Below, in pieces: positions 48,597 through 60,741 of a stretch of DNA of 64,000 nucleotides; within the stretch, counting starts at the first letter, position 1; each line of letters starts with the position of its first letter. The translations under genes and the position numbers were made by a program. The notes below the pieces were generated by a model that worked only from the letters and a program-made list of their open reading frames with translations, was not told where the DNA came from and did no database searches. The DNA lies in assembly GCA_010093605.1 (NCBI GenBank), contig MU004192.1, forward strand, positions 256,882-320,881, written 5' to 3'. Source of the stretch: Lophium mytilinum. Its lineage: Eukaryota.

Positions 48597-50516
48597 ATGA
48601 AATACAAGTACAAGCCCATCACCCACCAAGATGGCATACGCTTGTTAGAGTTGCAGCCATGCGAGGATCTTTCCTCACCACTGTCCAGCCGACTCATACA
48701 TACTAAGATCTCATCTTGCAATGAAGACATATACACGCACTACACGGCCCTCTCTTATGTCTGGGGTAGTCCGGAAATGACCAAAAGAATCACAGTCGAT
48801 GGGTTCTCGTTGGGCATAACGGACAGCTTGTTCGCTGCTCTCCACGACCTCCGCGACCAGGCCCGCACACTCCTACTCTGGGCGGACGGGGTATGTATTA
48901 ACCAGAGCGATGAATTGGAGAAGACAGCTCAAATCAGAATCATGGGGGATATATACACTTCTGCGCGACATACTGTCGCGTACCTTGGACCTGCCAATCG
49001 TAACGACGAAGAGAGAATACTTCGATCCATGCGGCCGCCAATTACCAGCGCCATTCCTCCTAAAGAAGAAGCAAAAAACAGTTTGAACAAAAGACTAAGC
49101 CTCGCAGCGGATGCCAGACTAGACAAGATCCTCAGTAGGCAATGGTTTGGGCGCGTCTGGGTCTTCCAGGAGCTTGTTTTCTCTACCAACCCGTGGATTC
49201 AGTGCGGGCGAACGAGGGTGCGATGGGAAAGATTCTACCAAGCGCTAAAGAAAGAAAAGAGCGAAGGTGAAAAAAGTGGACAGACCTCAATATCGGAAGC
49301 ACCCACTGCTAGTATTGTGTCACAGATGCATGAAGCCTGGGAACACCACCACGGTAAAAGGCTCACATCGTACTCAGCCCCCGACAATACCGTCCTCTCA
49401 TACTACGCTGGAGAAAGCGTCGTTTTCGAAAACACGCTGATCGATTTGTTGCTGGCGAGAAGGGGGCTCGGGGTGACGGACCCGAAAGATATGGTGTTTG
49501 CTCATCTTGGATTCGCCACGGACGGCCACCTCTGGACAATAGGAATGGACTACTCGAGAACGGCTAGTCAGCTATTCCTAGACGTCGCTTGGTGGATCCA
49601 GAACTTGTATGGTCTTCCTACACTTTTTGCATGCGTTGGCGAGAGCATGGCAACAAGCCGCCTCGAAGGCCTACCGTCATGGGTGCCAGACTGGACTCAC
49701 AGAATACCGTTGACGTTGTCCGCAACCCGCCGTCTCTTTTTGAAAGCCGCGCAAGGGTACCGAAATGGCTCTCCATTGAACATACCTCGGAAATCCCGTG
49801 CAGTTCTGCAATACGGAGATGTCATTGGGTGTCACCTGAGCGTAAATGACGAAGTGCTACTTACCAGCCGCGAGCTATGGGTTCGAAACATCCCGAAGGG
49901 CATTTGCGACGGATTCAAGTACCATTTCATATCGGCGAAGAGACTTCTGGAAAAGCTCGACGAATACCGGCACAAGCCCCAATCGCGTCTACCACCTGAT
50001 ATCTTCCAATCACTTGACAATCAGTGGCCAAAGGTATATCAAGCTTGGAGATACGCAGTTCAAGATGACGAAATTCTACCGCCGCCAAAGACTTTAGGGG
50101 AATGGAAATCCTTGACGTCTGATTTTTTCAGAGGAAAGACTGAGACGGTCCCGGTGTACCTTGCCTATGCTCTTTGTGACGGCGCCAACGCTGAGGTTGT
50201 TGAGGGCAAAGTTCTGGCTAGACTTACTAGTGGTGCGCTGGCTCTTTTGCCGGCATCTACCAAGCCCGGAGACTTGGTTGCGTCGCTGCCTGCGAACTTT
50301 TCAGCTTACGAAGAGCCTTCCTCCTTTGTGTTCCGCCAACACCCGCTTGACGGACTTGCAAGCGAGAAAGATGAACTTGAAGAAAAAGCGGCTCAAGAAC
50401 GGCCCATCAAACACGTTACCCTCATAGGAGAGGGAGTTCGTGACTCCGCGGCGTCGTCCCATTATGTATCAGAATTCTACCAAGAGCCAGAAGAAGCATT
50501 GCTAGTAATCCGCTAG
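48597..50516 (+). CDS. HET-domain protein (HET-6-like), intronless
   Basis: IRLLEL, YTALSYVWG, LWADGVCINQ, MGDIYTSA, WFGRVWVFQELV, TDPKDMVFAHLG, LPSWVPDW. Confidence 0.92.
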   Translation: MKYKYKPITHQDGIRLLELQPCEDLSSPLSSRLIHTKISSCNEDIYTHYTALSYVWGSPEMTKRITVDGFSLGITDSLFAALHDLRDQARTLLLWADGVCINQSDELEKTAQIRIMGDIYTSARHTVAYLGPANRNDEERILRSMRPPITSAIPPKEEAKNSLNKRLSLAADARLDKILSRQWFGRVWVFQELVFSTNPWIQCGRTRVRWERFYQALKKEKSEGEKSGQTSISEAPTASIVSQMHEAWEHHHGKRLTSYSAPDNTVLSYYAGESVVFENTLIDLLLARRGLGVTDPKDMVFAHLGFATDGHLWTIGMDYSRTASQLFLDVAWWIQNLYGLPTLFACVGESMATSRLEGLPSWVPDWTHRIPLTLSATRRLFLKAAQGYRNGSPLNIPRKSRAVLQYGDVIGCHLSVNDEVLLTSRELWVRNIPKGICDGFKYHFISAKRLLEKLDEYRHKPQSRLPPDIFQSLDNQWPKVYQAWRYAVQDDEILPPPKTLGEWKSLTSDFFRGKTETVPVYLAYALCDGANAEVVEGKVLARLTSGALALLPASTKPGDLVASLPANFSAYEEPSSFVFRQHPLDGLASEKDELEEKAAQERPIKHVTLIGEGVRDSAASSHYVSEFYQEPEEALLVIR

Positions 50517-50664
50517 CCGGAAATCACCTCGAAGGTTGGCTCGAGTCAAGCACATCCACAAGCATCACAAATTTCCCTGTGCTGCCCTCCTTCCGCGCAA
50601 GAGCATGTTCCAAAACTAGGCAAGACATTGGGCGATATACGCGAATAGATTACGTCGAGCCTTT

Positions 50665-52918
50665 CTACAAGGTAGGTACATGCAAACTCGCTAAAAGTAG
50701 ATTAAGAATGCTAAAGAGACCCTCTCCTAGGATAAGCCCGCTCGCGAGAACCACGATGGGTGTCTCCGATCGCCCCTTGTATCGCCTCCACCATAAGCTG
50801 ATCAAGCCGCCGATGGTGCGTGCGAGGGTGAAGGAGGGGACGTTGTACATGCCTATCCCGTGTTAGCTAACAGCGTTTTGCCGATGGAAGGTGAAAAGCA
50901 AGAGAACAGTAACGCACCAACAGCGACAGCAATGCCGCCAGGGATCCAGTCGATCCACCACCCCGCCTGGCCAGCCTTCTTCCTCGCGACACCCCACACC
51001 CGCATCATCGTCGAGATGGCGAAGATGACGGCAGCGCCGGCGGCCCACTCGGTTACTTTGGGAGGCAGCCCCTTTCCGTTGACCAAGCGCGCTGTGAATA
51101 CCCACACGTATCCCGTGGGCACCTGGAATAAGCCTCCCGGGATAGTGTAGACATGTGTATAGAGCTTGTAAACCACAGCCGACAGGACAGCGCCAACGGC
51201 AGACCCTATAATTTGGCCCCAGAACTGTGCGTTCGGGGCCGCGCCGAGCAGATGTCCGGTCTTCAGGTCCTGCATCAGATCGCCGGCTTGGAGTGCTGCA
51301 GACTCGGAGATTGCGCCAGCGACGAGGTTGATGATGATCGCGTTCTTGGCTGCGGGGCCGGTTCTGGGTGTGACGAATGCGAAGACGAGCTGGGTGAGCT
51401 TTGAGATGCCAGAGACGGGGTTGAGATCTGTCTCGCCGAGTGCGCGGACGCCCATGACGGAGAGGAAGAGGGAGAGGAGAAGTGCGAGGATGGTGAGGTA
51501 GATTGGGATTAGAGAGGGGAAGGCGATGTGGACAGCGGCGATGCAGAGACCAAGTGACAGAATGAGACCGATTACTGTAGTACGCGTGGAAATGAGATGG
51601 GCTTCTGGTGCGTCTGGTTCATCATCGGATTGATGCCGCCTTAAAGATGGCACTGGGGAGTATGAAAGGCCTCTACTTTGGGAGCGCTTTGCTTCCCGCA
51701 GCTGATGGAAATACACGCGGGCGTAGAAGATCATGGGCCGAAGGATGAGCCAGCCTAGGCTGACAAGGGAGTCTGCGAGCATGATTGCGAGACTGACCCA
51801 TACGATCCAGCCTTTGCTTCCGGTCTCCCAGTCTTCTACTTCTCCGGGAGCCCATCCCTTGTGCTTTGCTAGAGGCGAGAGAATTCCCCAGCCAACGATG
51901 GCTCCGATCAGCATATGAAGCGTCGTAGCTGGGCCCATTATGATTCCTTGGCCCACATATGCGGGTGAGGGATTCAGAGTCCAGAGCCACTTGTGTGCTA
52001 AAGAAAGCCCAAAGATTGGGATATCGTGGAGCTGTGGGATGAAGTATGATATCAAAGTCTCGTAGAAGCATCAGTTCGGTCAACACGTTCAAGAAAGTAG
52101 AATAGACATACGTAGAGTGCAGACACAGCAAAAGCGATGACCAGAAGCCGAATTTTGGCTTTCCAGTCGTCGTCACTACCAAGTTCTACATCCTCCTCGT
52201 CTGTCTGCTTTCGAGTGCCAGTTTCCGCAGGCATGGAAGCTAGCAGCCCCTCTTGCTCCTCTTCACCAGGCGTATCTACCTCGTCTCTCCTGCGAGCCGG
52301 CGCAACCGCTGTAGACTTCTCATCCCCATGCAGCACCCGTATCATGAGCGCGGTAGCTGTCCCACTGGGAAACTTAAGCTTCTCCCGTATAATGACCTCC
52401 TTTCGGAGCGGCACCGCAAACACCACCCCAAAGAAACATATCCCCACCGCCCACACTATGAGCTTCCACAAGCTGATATCTAGCGGCCCGTTCTCCTCCG
52501 GCTTCAGTAGATAATTCAGCGCTGGTATGACCCCCACGAACCCACACCCCAACGGCATAGTCCCCGCGGCTCCTGCTACCGATTGCACGAGCACGTTCTC
52601 GACAGGCGTGAACGGGTAGTTGAGGGCGCGGGCGACGACTTTGAAGTAGGCGAAGCCGATGAGGGCGGAGGGCATGGCCATGCCGCTCACCCAGCCGGTT
52701 TGGAGGCCGAAGTACATGTTGGAGAAGCATATTACGACGCCGATGGCTAGGCCGACGAGGACGCCGCGGAGGGTGAAGTTCTGGGGCTCGTCGGCGCGGG
52801 AGGCGAGGAAGCGCTGGGCATTGCTCCGGGAACGCGGTATGGGATCTAGGTCTTCTTCTTCTTGGAGGCCGGGAGAGGAGGGCAGCTCGCTGGAGAGAGA
52901 GCCCCGATCGGGGGCCAT
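50665..52918 (-). CDS. OPT superfamily (YSL-like) oligopeptide transporter, 3 exons
   Basis: FTLRGVLVGL, YFGLQTGW, PFTPVENVLVQS, LKFPSGTATA, GETDLNPVSG, LMQDLKTGHL, ASGLILGEG; ATG at 52918. Confidence 0.95.
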
Positions 52919-53316
52919 AGCTTCGCCGGTGGCAGAGAGCTGGCGGAGGGGGATGGGGTGGTGGAGGGTGGACGTCAGGATGGCGGATGGAGAGGAGGTT
53001 ATGTACAAGAAGGATGCAAGAGCGGTAATAACACCCCGCAGCCCATTATTATGAATTACTAGCGAGATCAGTAGTAGTGGGATTGCGTGCGAAAGATGGG
53101 GTGCATCCAGGTGATGCAATAAATGCCAAAGCGCCGCAGTTCTACCGCAAGGGCGCGGAGGATTGGTAATTGGTTGGCGATCAACACCAAACATCTATCA
53201 CGAACCTTTTGCCATAGGTACACGTCGAGTTCACTTCACTTTGACACACGTCTCTCCTGTACATTGCAATGTTTTGAGTTTCTTTTCCAATTCAAGATAC
53301 CCCTCTGTCCACCAAT

Positions 53317-54540
53317 ATGAGCCTTCTTCTGAGGAGCATCGTGCTCCTCCTGGCGTTCATTGCCTTCACGTCCGCTGAACACACGTCGAACTGGGCCGTT
53401 TTGGTCTCCACCTCTCGCTTTTGGTTCAATTACCGCCATCTTGCAAATGTCCTCTCCCTCTACCGTACCGTCAAGCGGCTCGGGATCCCAGATTCACAGA
53501 TCATCCTAATGTTGCCCGACGATATGGCGTGCAACCCGCGAAACGCATTTCCAGGCACTGTCTACAACAACGCTGACCGAGCGCTCGATCTATATGGCGA
53601 CAACATCGAAGTGGACTACCGGGGATACGAAGTCACAGTGGAGAACTTCATCCGCCTGCTTACAGACCGAGTGGGAGAGGACATGCCTAGGAGTAAGCGA
53701 CTCTTGACGGATGACCGGAGTAATATTCTTGTCTATATGACTGGACACGGAGGCAACGAGTTCTTGAAATTCCAGGACGCCGAGGAGATCAGTGCGTTCG
53801 ATCTAGCGGACGCTTTCGAGCAGATGTGGGAGAAGAAACGGTACGCAGCATCCCTCTTGCGCTCTCACGCTACCTAAACTAATGTTGCTTGTAGTTACCA
53901 CGAAATGCTCTTCATGATTGACACCTGCCAAGCTAACACTATGTACTCCAAATTCTATTCTCCCAATATTCTCGCCACAGGAAGCTCCGAGATCGACCAG
54001 TCCTCTTACTCCCACCATGCCGACAACGATGTTGGTGTCGCCGTTATCGACCGATACACCTACTACAACCTCGACTTCCTTGAGACCCAAGTTCGCGAAC
54101 CGTCGAGTAAACTCACAATGGGGGATCTGTTTGATAGTTACGATGAAGAGAAGATACATTCACACCCTGGCGTACGATACGATCTCTTCAACGGTGGCGA
54201 GGCCGCTGCTAGGTCAAGACTGGTCATGGATTTCTTTGGAAACGTCCAAAATGTGGAGGTCGAGGGCGGGGTTGGGAATGAGACGGCGTGGCAAGAAGAA
54301 CTGCAAGCTATTGAAAGAATGATCAATGACGCAAGAAGGAGGCATAATGAGTCTCTCACGGTTTTACCCGAAGCCGAGCAGGCCCCAACGGAGAAAGTTG
54401 CAAGGCCGTCGTTGAAGAAAGAGGGCGCGGCGAGAGTCAACGCTGACGGTGGCTGGAGTAAACAGTTCGCAGGTGCGGCAGCTCTACTCGGCTGTGTCGG
54501 CGTATGGGCTGCTGGCTCGTGGCTAGAGTCTTCGAAATAG
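53317..54540 (+). CDS. GPI8: GPI-anchor transamidase catalytic subunit (peptidase C13)
   Basis: [22 protein letters not shown] (His), IDTCQA (Cys), C-terminal TM; one intron ~53841-53894. Confidence 0.97.
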
Positions 54541-54753
54541 TATGTCAAGAGGCGTGCCACAGAGTCAATCGCTATGGAATGTCATAATCATGAAGCGTTT
54601 AGACATTACGAGCTGCTACTTTGAGCTTGAACACCACTTGCAGGCAAATCCATCAACAAACCCAGCTTCTTCTTCCTGCGTCGGCTACACCTCGAGTTCT
54701 TTCTTTTCCAACCATGATTCAGACCATCAGCTACTCCAGCAACCCGCATTCTT

Positions 54754-55362
54754 CTACAAGAACACCTGCTTAACACTGACCGACTGACAAGTCGGATTCT
54801 CCGGTGGGAACTCTCCCAACGCCCATGCCAGCGTCTGATACGTATACCCCTCATAATACGTACTGCACACATACCAGCGATAGTAGGCCACATACGAGGT
54901 ACTGCCAACAATCGGAACGACGCGATCGTCAAAGTACCCCTGGATGTTCAGCAAACCGTTGCTGTCGAATGCCACTGACGTCGAGTCTTCAGTACCCGGC
55001 CAGAAGAGCGGCAGCGCGACGTTGGAAATCGGGTTGACATTCAGCGACAACGCTTCGGATTCGTTGAAGGTGCCGCCTGGAAGGACCCAGATAAGGTAGC
55101 CTGGGGCGCCAAGGGTCTCGTTGACCTCGCCGGCATTGGAAGAGGTGTTGTGGGTGTAGGTATTATAGGCCGGGTCGTGTGTACCACCGACACAGAGGCC
55201 TTCGATTGCAGCACCCTCATGGCAGGCATAGAGCAGCGTTCCGTTGAGTGTCGAGTTATCGGAGAGCACGACGAGACTGAAGGGGGCAGAGGGGACGTCG
55301 TATTGGGCGGCGACGAAGGCAGGGAGGAGGGCGAGGATGAGTGTGAATGATGAGAGTCTCAT
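54754..55362 (-). CDS. Small secreted fungal protein (~202 aa), function unknown
   Basis: Signal peptide MRLSSFTLILALLPAFVAA; LYACHEGAAIEGLC and RWYVC...LAW...NPTCQSVSV pattern of a conserved ascomycete secreted family. Confidence 0.8.
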   Translation of the reverse strand: MRLSSFTLILALLPAFVAAQYDVPSAPFSLVVLSDNSTLNGTLLYACHEGAAIEGLCVGGTHDPAYNTYTHNTSSNAGEVNETLGAPGYLIWVLPGGTFNESEALSLNVNPISNVALPLFWPGTEDSTSVAFDSNGLLNIQGYFDDRVVPIVGSTSYVAYYRWYVCSTYYEGYTYQTLAWALGEFPPENPTCQSVSVKQVFL

Positions 55363-56558
55363 TTTGATTATTGTATCGTCGGTATTGAAGCGACAGACTG
55401 AATGGAATAGTATGTCTTTTGCACTAAATGGCTCAGTTTTTTTGAATTGATACTGGGTATTGATCCTTCGAAACAAGATCCTCCCGCAGCTCTTTTATAG
55501 TTCGATTCAAATCTATACACCTCGCCATCACGACTTTGCCGGTACATACCATCACCTAGACACAAGAACATGTGCCTTGCTAGTCGGTCATGTGGTTCCC
55601 AATGACGTCCGGAAACACCGCGTCCGGACGGATCGACCTCGTATTCCAACGCTTTCGTCCTCCTGGAAAGCGCACCATGCAACCCTAGAAACCATGGCTT
55701 CGTGTTCGAATGGGGAAGTTAATAATTTGGAGTCGTGCCGAACTGCCGGCGAAACGATTACTCAACTCGTCTTTGATCTGCTGTCCCTAATGATTGCTTG
55801 CGTAGAGGTCAGGAGAGGACAGAACCGTGGGACCATGTACACTCGGGATGAGAGCTAGGTATTGATAATGGGGCGATCGGCGGGAGCCTCGGGAGTGGCG
55901 GCGGGCTAAATATATATGCGTTAATTCTGCGGGGAGCACGAGATTAGGAGGGATGTTATATCGATTTTCGGCACTGCCTGGTACTCACTGCATAGTCGCC
56001 TTCGCAGATAGCCTTGCGGATGGTATGGAGGGACACTTCTTTTGAGATGTTGGAGCACTTATACCTGTGGATATGCGACGCTTAGAACTACCGCCCGCTA
56101 ATGAGTATCAGTGCCGCCAAGGGTCTAAGACGAAGTGAGGAATTTTGTCGGGTTTCTAGCTTCGTTTTCTCACTTACGCATCCTTTCTTTCACTCTTAGA
56201 CGGACTGAATAATACCCAGAGACACCGTACTCAAAGATATTGAACGGTTGATTGACATGTTTTAGAAAGCATAAGGCAAGTGCCGCCTACATACATGAGT
56301 CACAAACTCCACGCTTCTTATCACTTTTCTACCCACTGTCTGATCGTCTCATCGTCACATTTCTTCATTGTTCATATTCCATACCTCTCATGCCGATTAC
56401 TCCGTGTCTAAGTCGTCTTGTCTGGCTTTTTGGGCCTTGGCCATGATAGCAAGGGTTATTTTTGCTCGATAGATCCCAGCATTATCAAGACGTGTGCTTG
56501 TATTATCATCGTTCGAATTGGCACGAGAAGACACCTAACGGTACTCCTCATTCCCGTA

Positions 56559-58103
56559 ATGCATAGTCGTTTTTGTCGCCCTGGCAGGCGGCCTTTCTTT
56601 TTCGTCTCTGTCCATTCCAGCCACGGGAATCCGGTCCCAACACGCTTCCAATTGGTATTAGCCGTATCGATTCTAGCTCTCCTTTGGATCATTTTTGCGT
56701 GCACGAGAGCAACCAATGTCGGATGTAAAATCACTACCCAAGGCAGTGCCGAAACAGTCCTTTTAACAGGAACCATTTTAACCTCCGAGGGCGCACTGCA
56801 CGATAGCCACATACTCATCCAGGCCGGCAAAATCGCCTGCGTGGGAAAACGTTGCATCCCAGAAGCCAAAACCAGGAAAGCCACGTTCGTCCACTGCACC
56901 AACTCAGTCATCTCCCCCGGCTTCATCAATCTACACGAACATATCGACAGCTCCACCATCAACCCCCTACTCGACCATGGCGTGAAAGTCAACCACCGGC
57001 ACGACTGGCGCATGGGAGCTAGGGGTAACGAGCGTCGCGAGACAGACATTAACGGCTCTGCCATTGACGCTGTGAAATGGGGCGAACTGCGCCACATCTT
57101 CTCGGGCACCACCTCAATCGTAGGCGGTGCCATGGCGTCTGGATTAACGCGGAATCTGGACTACGTAGCTGGTTTAGAGGCTGGCTTACACAACCCCTCG
57201 AGTACCTGGGCCGTATTTCCCCTCGACGATGCGAACGGCGTGCTGAGGAGCAGAGACTGCGATTACGGTCCTAACGCGACGACTAGCGAGACCGCGGGGA
57301 GGATCTACCGCTACATCGCCCATGTGGGCGAAGGCGTGGACGCAGAGGCAGCAAATGAGTTCCAGTGCTTGTCGAGCGAGACCTACGACGTGACGCCTGC
57401 GCCGGCAGGAGGAGGATTGAGCTACGACATCATCGCGCCGAACATAGCACTTGTGCACGCGCTCGGACTGACGGAGGCGGACTTCAATCTTGTTGCTAAA
57501 CGCGGTGCTCACGTCGTATGGTCGCCGCGGAGCAACGTTTTCCTTTACGGCAAGACGCTGAATGTCACCTACCTCCTGGAAGCCGGAATCAACGTCGCGC
57601 TGGGGACTGACTGGCTGCCCTCGGGATCCGCAACTATGGCAAGAGAAGCGGTATGCGCGTTATCGGTAACTAAGAAAAGCTACGAGAGAGCGATTGACTC
57701 GAAGACGATGTGGGAAATGATGACGATCAACGCCGCGCGCGCTGCTAGCTTCGAAGAGCACATCGGTTCGCTCGTTATAGGCAAACTCGCCGACATCGTC
57801 ATCTTTAGCACTTCTCCCTCCCTCTCCTACTATGACCCCTTCGCTCGAGCCATCTACGCCCCTGAAGAGAACGTGGAGCTGGTGATGCGCGGCGGGAAGG
57901 TCCTAGTCGCTGGAGCTGGACTGGAGGGCCTCGCAACTGGCGCCTGTGAAAGCGTCGCCTTTGGTGAAGTGATGAAGACGATTTGCGTAGAAGAAGAATT
58001 GGGTGCGAGCTATGTGGAGTTCGAGAAGAAGTTGGGAGGCGTCTATCCTGCGATCTTGTCTGGTGTGCCGCCGGACGAGCCGAGTTGTGAGCCGACTAGG
58101 TAG
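56559..58103 (+). CDS. Metal-dependent amidohydrolase superfamily protein with N-terminal hydrophobic segment, intronless
   Basis: PGFINLHEH (HxH), AHVGEG, VHALG, VWSPRSN, VALGTDW, MMTINAARA, GSLVIGKLADIV; first ATG at 56559. Confidence 0.88.
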   Translation: MHSRFCRPGRRPFFFVSVHSSHGNPVPTRFQLVLAVSILALLWIIFACTRATNVGCKITTQGSAETVLLTGTILTSEGALHDSHILIQAGKIACVGKRCIPEAKTRKATFVHCTNSVISPGFINLHEHIDSSTINPLLDHGVKVNHRHDWRMGARGNERRETDINGSAIDAVKWGELRHIFSGTTSIVGGAMASGLTRNLDYVAGLEAGLHNPSSTWAVFPLDDANGVLRSRDCDYGPNATTSETAGRIYRYIAHVGEGVDAEAANEFQCLSSETYDVTPAPAGGGLSYDIIAPNIALVHALGLTEADFNLVAKRGAHVVWSPRSNVFLYGKTLNVTYLLEAGINVALGTDWLPSGSATMAREAVCALSVTKKSYERAIDSKTMWEMMTINAARAASFEEHIGSLVIGKLADIVIFSTSPSLSYYDPFARAIYAPEENVELVMRGGKVLVAGAGLEGLATGACESVAFGEVMKTICVEEELGASYVEFEKKLGGVYPAILSGVPPDEPSCEPTR

Positions 58104-58679
58104 GAAGTGTGGACGGGTGGAGAAAATAGATGAGATAGATGGACTGGTTTAGAGGCGCCGCCAATAGTATGTTAAGATGGGCTCGAAGTCGCGCAGACTG
58201 GCTCCACTTTATGCTTCTTGCGGCATTGAAAACATCCGCATTCTAATGTTCTGATTTAGAGGCTCCACAAGTAAGATGGTAAAGATGGTCTACTTTGAGG
58301 GCTACGTCAAAAATACACTGAAATCGAGTCCAAATCACACAGACTGACTCCCGTTTACCTCCTCCCCTCCTCCTCCACCCTCGCATACCAACACCAAAAA
58401 CCCCTAGACAGCCTCATGAGAAGTACTAAATTCGCATACATAACCCTACAGAGAATCACGAAGAATATAGTGGCAAAGATGGCTGCTCCTACATCTAGAT
58501 ACCGTGTAAAGTCATTTCTGAGGCCCTATTAGGGCACAAAGGTTCTCACAAGTTCAAAGAGAGTCCAACTGTAACTTCTGAAGCCTGCAAACGTTCGTAG
58601 TGCTCAAACCATGCCTATATAATTACACTCAACCCTACTAATCACACAACCCACCCCCTTCCCAACCCCACCTCTCCCA

Positions 58680-59479
58680 TCACACCCTCTCCGTAACCCA
58701 AATGGCCGCCCGACACCCCCCCTTAATCACATCCGTCAACAACTCATACGGCCTCGCCTCCTTCGCATCATTCTCCACCGCAATATCCAAATGCTCCAAC
58801 TCCTCATCCCTAATCCGCCGCAACGTCCCCAACAACTCCTCCAACTCCGCCCCCAGGGTGTGGCCCTCTTTCCGCCGCTCATCCGCCCACTCCAACAACA
58901 CCCGCACTTGCTCGTTGTAGTGGCCCCCGATCTCGGTTTCTACGGCTTCCGTGCACGCCATCGCCGCCTCCCGCCCCATCAGCGCCGTGCCCCACCCCAG
59001 CGCCGTCGCCGCGACGCTCCAGACGGGGTACATGGCGGTCGGGCGGATGCGGTGCTTGGCGAGGAGGGTGTTGAAGACGGCGAAGTGCCCGGCTTCCTGC
59101 TCGTACATGTGGGTCATTAGCGGGCGCAGGTGCGGGTGGGCGCGCGTGAGGGGGGGCGTTTGGGCGGTGTAGATTAGGACGGCGGCGAGTTCGCCGGCTT
59201 GGTTGACGCGGAGCTGGGGGGGTGGTAAGTAGGTGTTGATATGGAGAGTGGAGAGGGTTGGGAGGGACGTACGGCGCTGTCGAGGTATTCTTTTTGGGAT
59301 TTGGTTAGGGGTTTTGATGGCGGGTTTGTGGAGGTGTTAGGGGCTGAGGTTGCGATTCGGGCTTTTTGGGTGACGGGGCGCCATGATGTCCAGTTTGGAG
59401 CGAGGAAGTCGAGGACGGGTAGGGATTGGGGACGTGGAGAGCGGCGGATGGCTTTGGAGGGGAGGAGGGCGAGAGACAT
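58680..59479 (-). CDS. COQ7: Demethoxyubiquinone hydroxylase Coq7/Cat5
   Basis: Exons 59479-59273, 59213-58680; LRVNQAGELAA, EQEAGH, ACTEAVETEIGGHYNEQ, IRDEELEH di-iron ligands. Confidence 0.96.
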
Positions 59480-59961
59480 TGGGGATGTAGAGGAGGGGGA
59501 ATTGATTTTATATACAGAATGTACAACAGCCTGAGTAAAGGAAATACAGTGACAAACGAAAGGTGGAAAGAAAGGAGTCGGAGCGTGTGGCGGCGTTGAT
59601 GCCATTCACCAGCAATGATGTCGTCGTTGAACTTAGAATACTTACCCAGGTAAACGGGAGGGAAGCTACGCCACTTGCGGGAACGCACGTGAACGGAATT
59701 TGAGAATCGTTGGCAATAATGACCCTAGGTGCCCACCCCACTATCCATCTCTTCCACTCCACAAGACTTTCTTTTAAACCCCCCACACAAACCACTCTGT
59801 AATAACCACTCGATACAGAGTGTCTCACTCTCCCGCGGGCCGTTTTTCCGTCAGTCTTCTTGAAAAACGTAAGCCATCCATCCCTTTAAGATCTATCTCC
59901 AACCTCCGCCTCCGCACCCGCTCACCACCACCAGTCTACCACCAGAGAACCCACAATAGGC

Positions 59962-60741
59962 ATGGACTCGATGCGGTCCCTGAACACCTCTTTGCCGTCA
60001 GCCTCCAGGCCAAATCCTCCACCTCAACCGGATCTGCATCAAGCCTTCCGATCCGCTGCGCTCTCCGTGACAAATCTCTACAAGACCGCCGCCGCCGACC
60101 AAACACGGGCTCATGGCGAAGGCTACCGGGAAGCCCTGGAGGACCTAATAGGGTTTCTCGACAGTAAAAACTTAGGGCTTGGAGATGGAGAAGGATGGAG
60201 GGTACGGCAATGGGCAACGGAGCGCCTAGACGGAGAACCCACGACCATGCAATCGACATCAGACAGTGACGAAGAGTCTGCCGAAGAGAAGCGAGCCCGC
60301 AGTTCATCGCCTATAATGGAGAGGAAGCAGAGCCCTGAGATCCAGTCGTCATCCCCGTCATATCGCCCTGAGCAGGATGCCCGACCAGAGTCAGCACCGC
60401 CAATGCCACCGCACGCCTCTACACCGCAAACCGTAACCGACATCACACCTCCGCGAGGTGACTTCACATTTACCACCCAACACGCATACCCGGCCAATGT
60501 TGAGAGCGAGATGGAGGCCTCGCCACCCACGACGATGCCCCCGATGAGAGTCGAGCTCCATCCACGTCGCACGTCTAATCGCCACCACAGCACCCGTCAC
60601 AACACACGATCGAACAACACGAACCTAGGCAACGGCGCCGGCTTCAAGCGACGACTACCCTTCAACGAGTACTTTGACCTTAGCGGGCCATGGAATGGGA
60701 AGGATGGATTAGGGGGAAGTAAGCGAGGCCGGTTCTCATAA
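59962..60741 (+). CDS. Conserved fungal nuclear protein, HAPSTR1/YJR056C-like
   Basis: LHQAFRSAALSVTNLYK...GYREALEDL helical N-terminus, disordered middle, basic C-terminus GFKRR...SKRGRFS; divergent from COQ7. Confidence 0.7.
   Translation: MDSMRSLNTSLPSASRPNPPPQPDLHQAFRSAALSVTNLYKTAAADQTRAHGEGYREALEDLIGFLDSKNLGLGDGEGWRVRQWATERLDGEPTTMQSTSDSDEESAEEKRARSSSPIMERKQSPEIQSSSPSYRPEQDARPESAPPMPPHASTPQTVTDITPPRGDFTFTTQHAYPANVESEMEASPPTTMPPMRVELHPRRTSNRHHSTRHNTRSNNTNLGNGAGFKRRLPFNEYFDLSGPWNGKDGLGGSKRGRFS

Noticed and set aside
21321..58103. Secondary-metabolite cluster (monooxygenase, epoxide hydrolase, amidohydrolase, transporter)
   Set aside because: No backbone synthase or cluster regulator; the genes are scattered among housekeeping loci.
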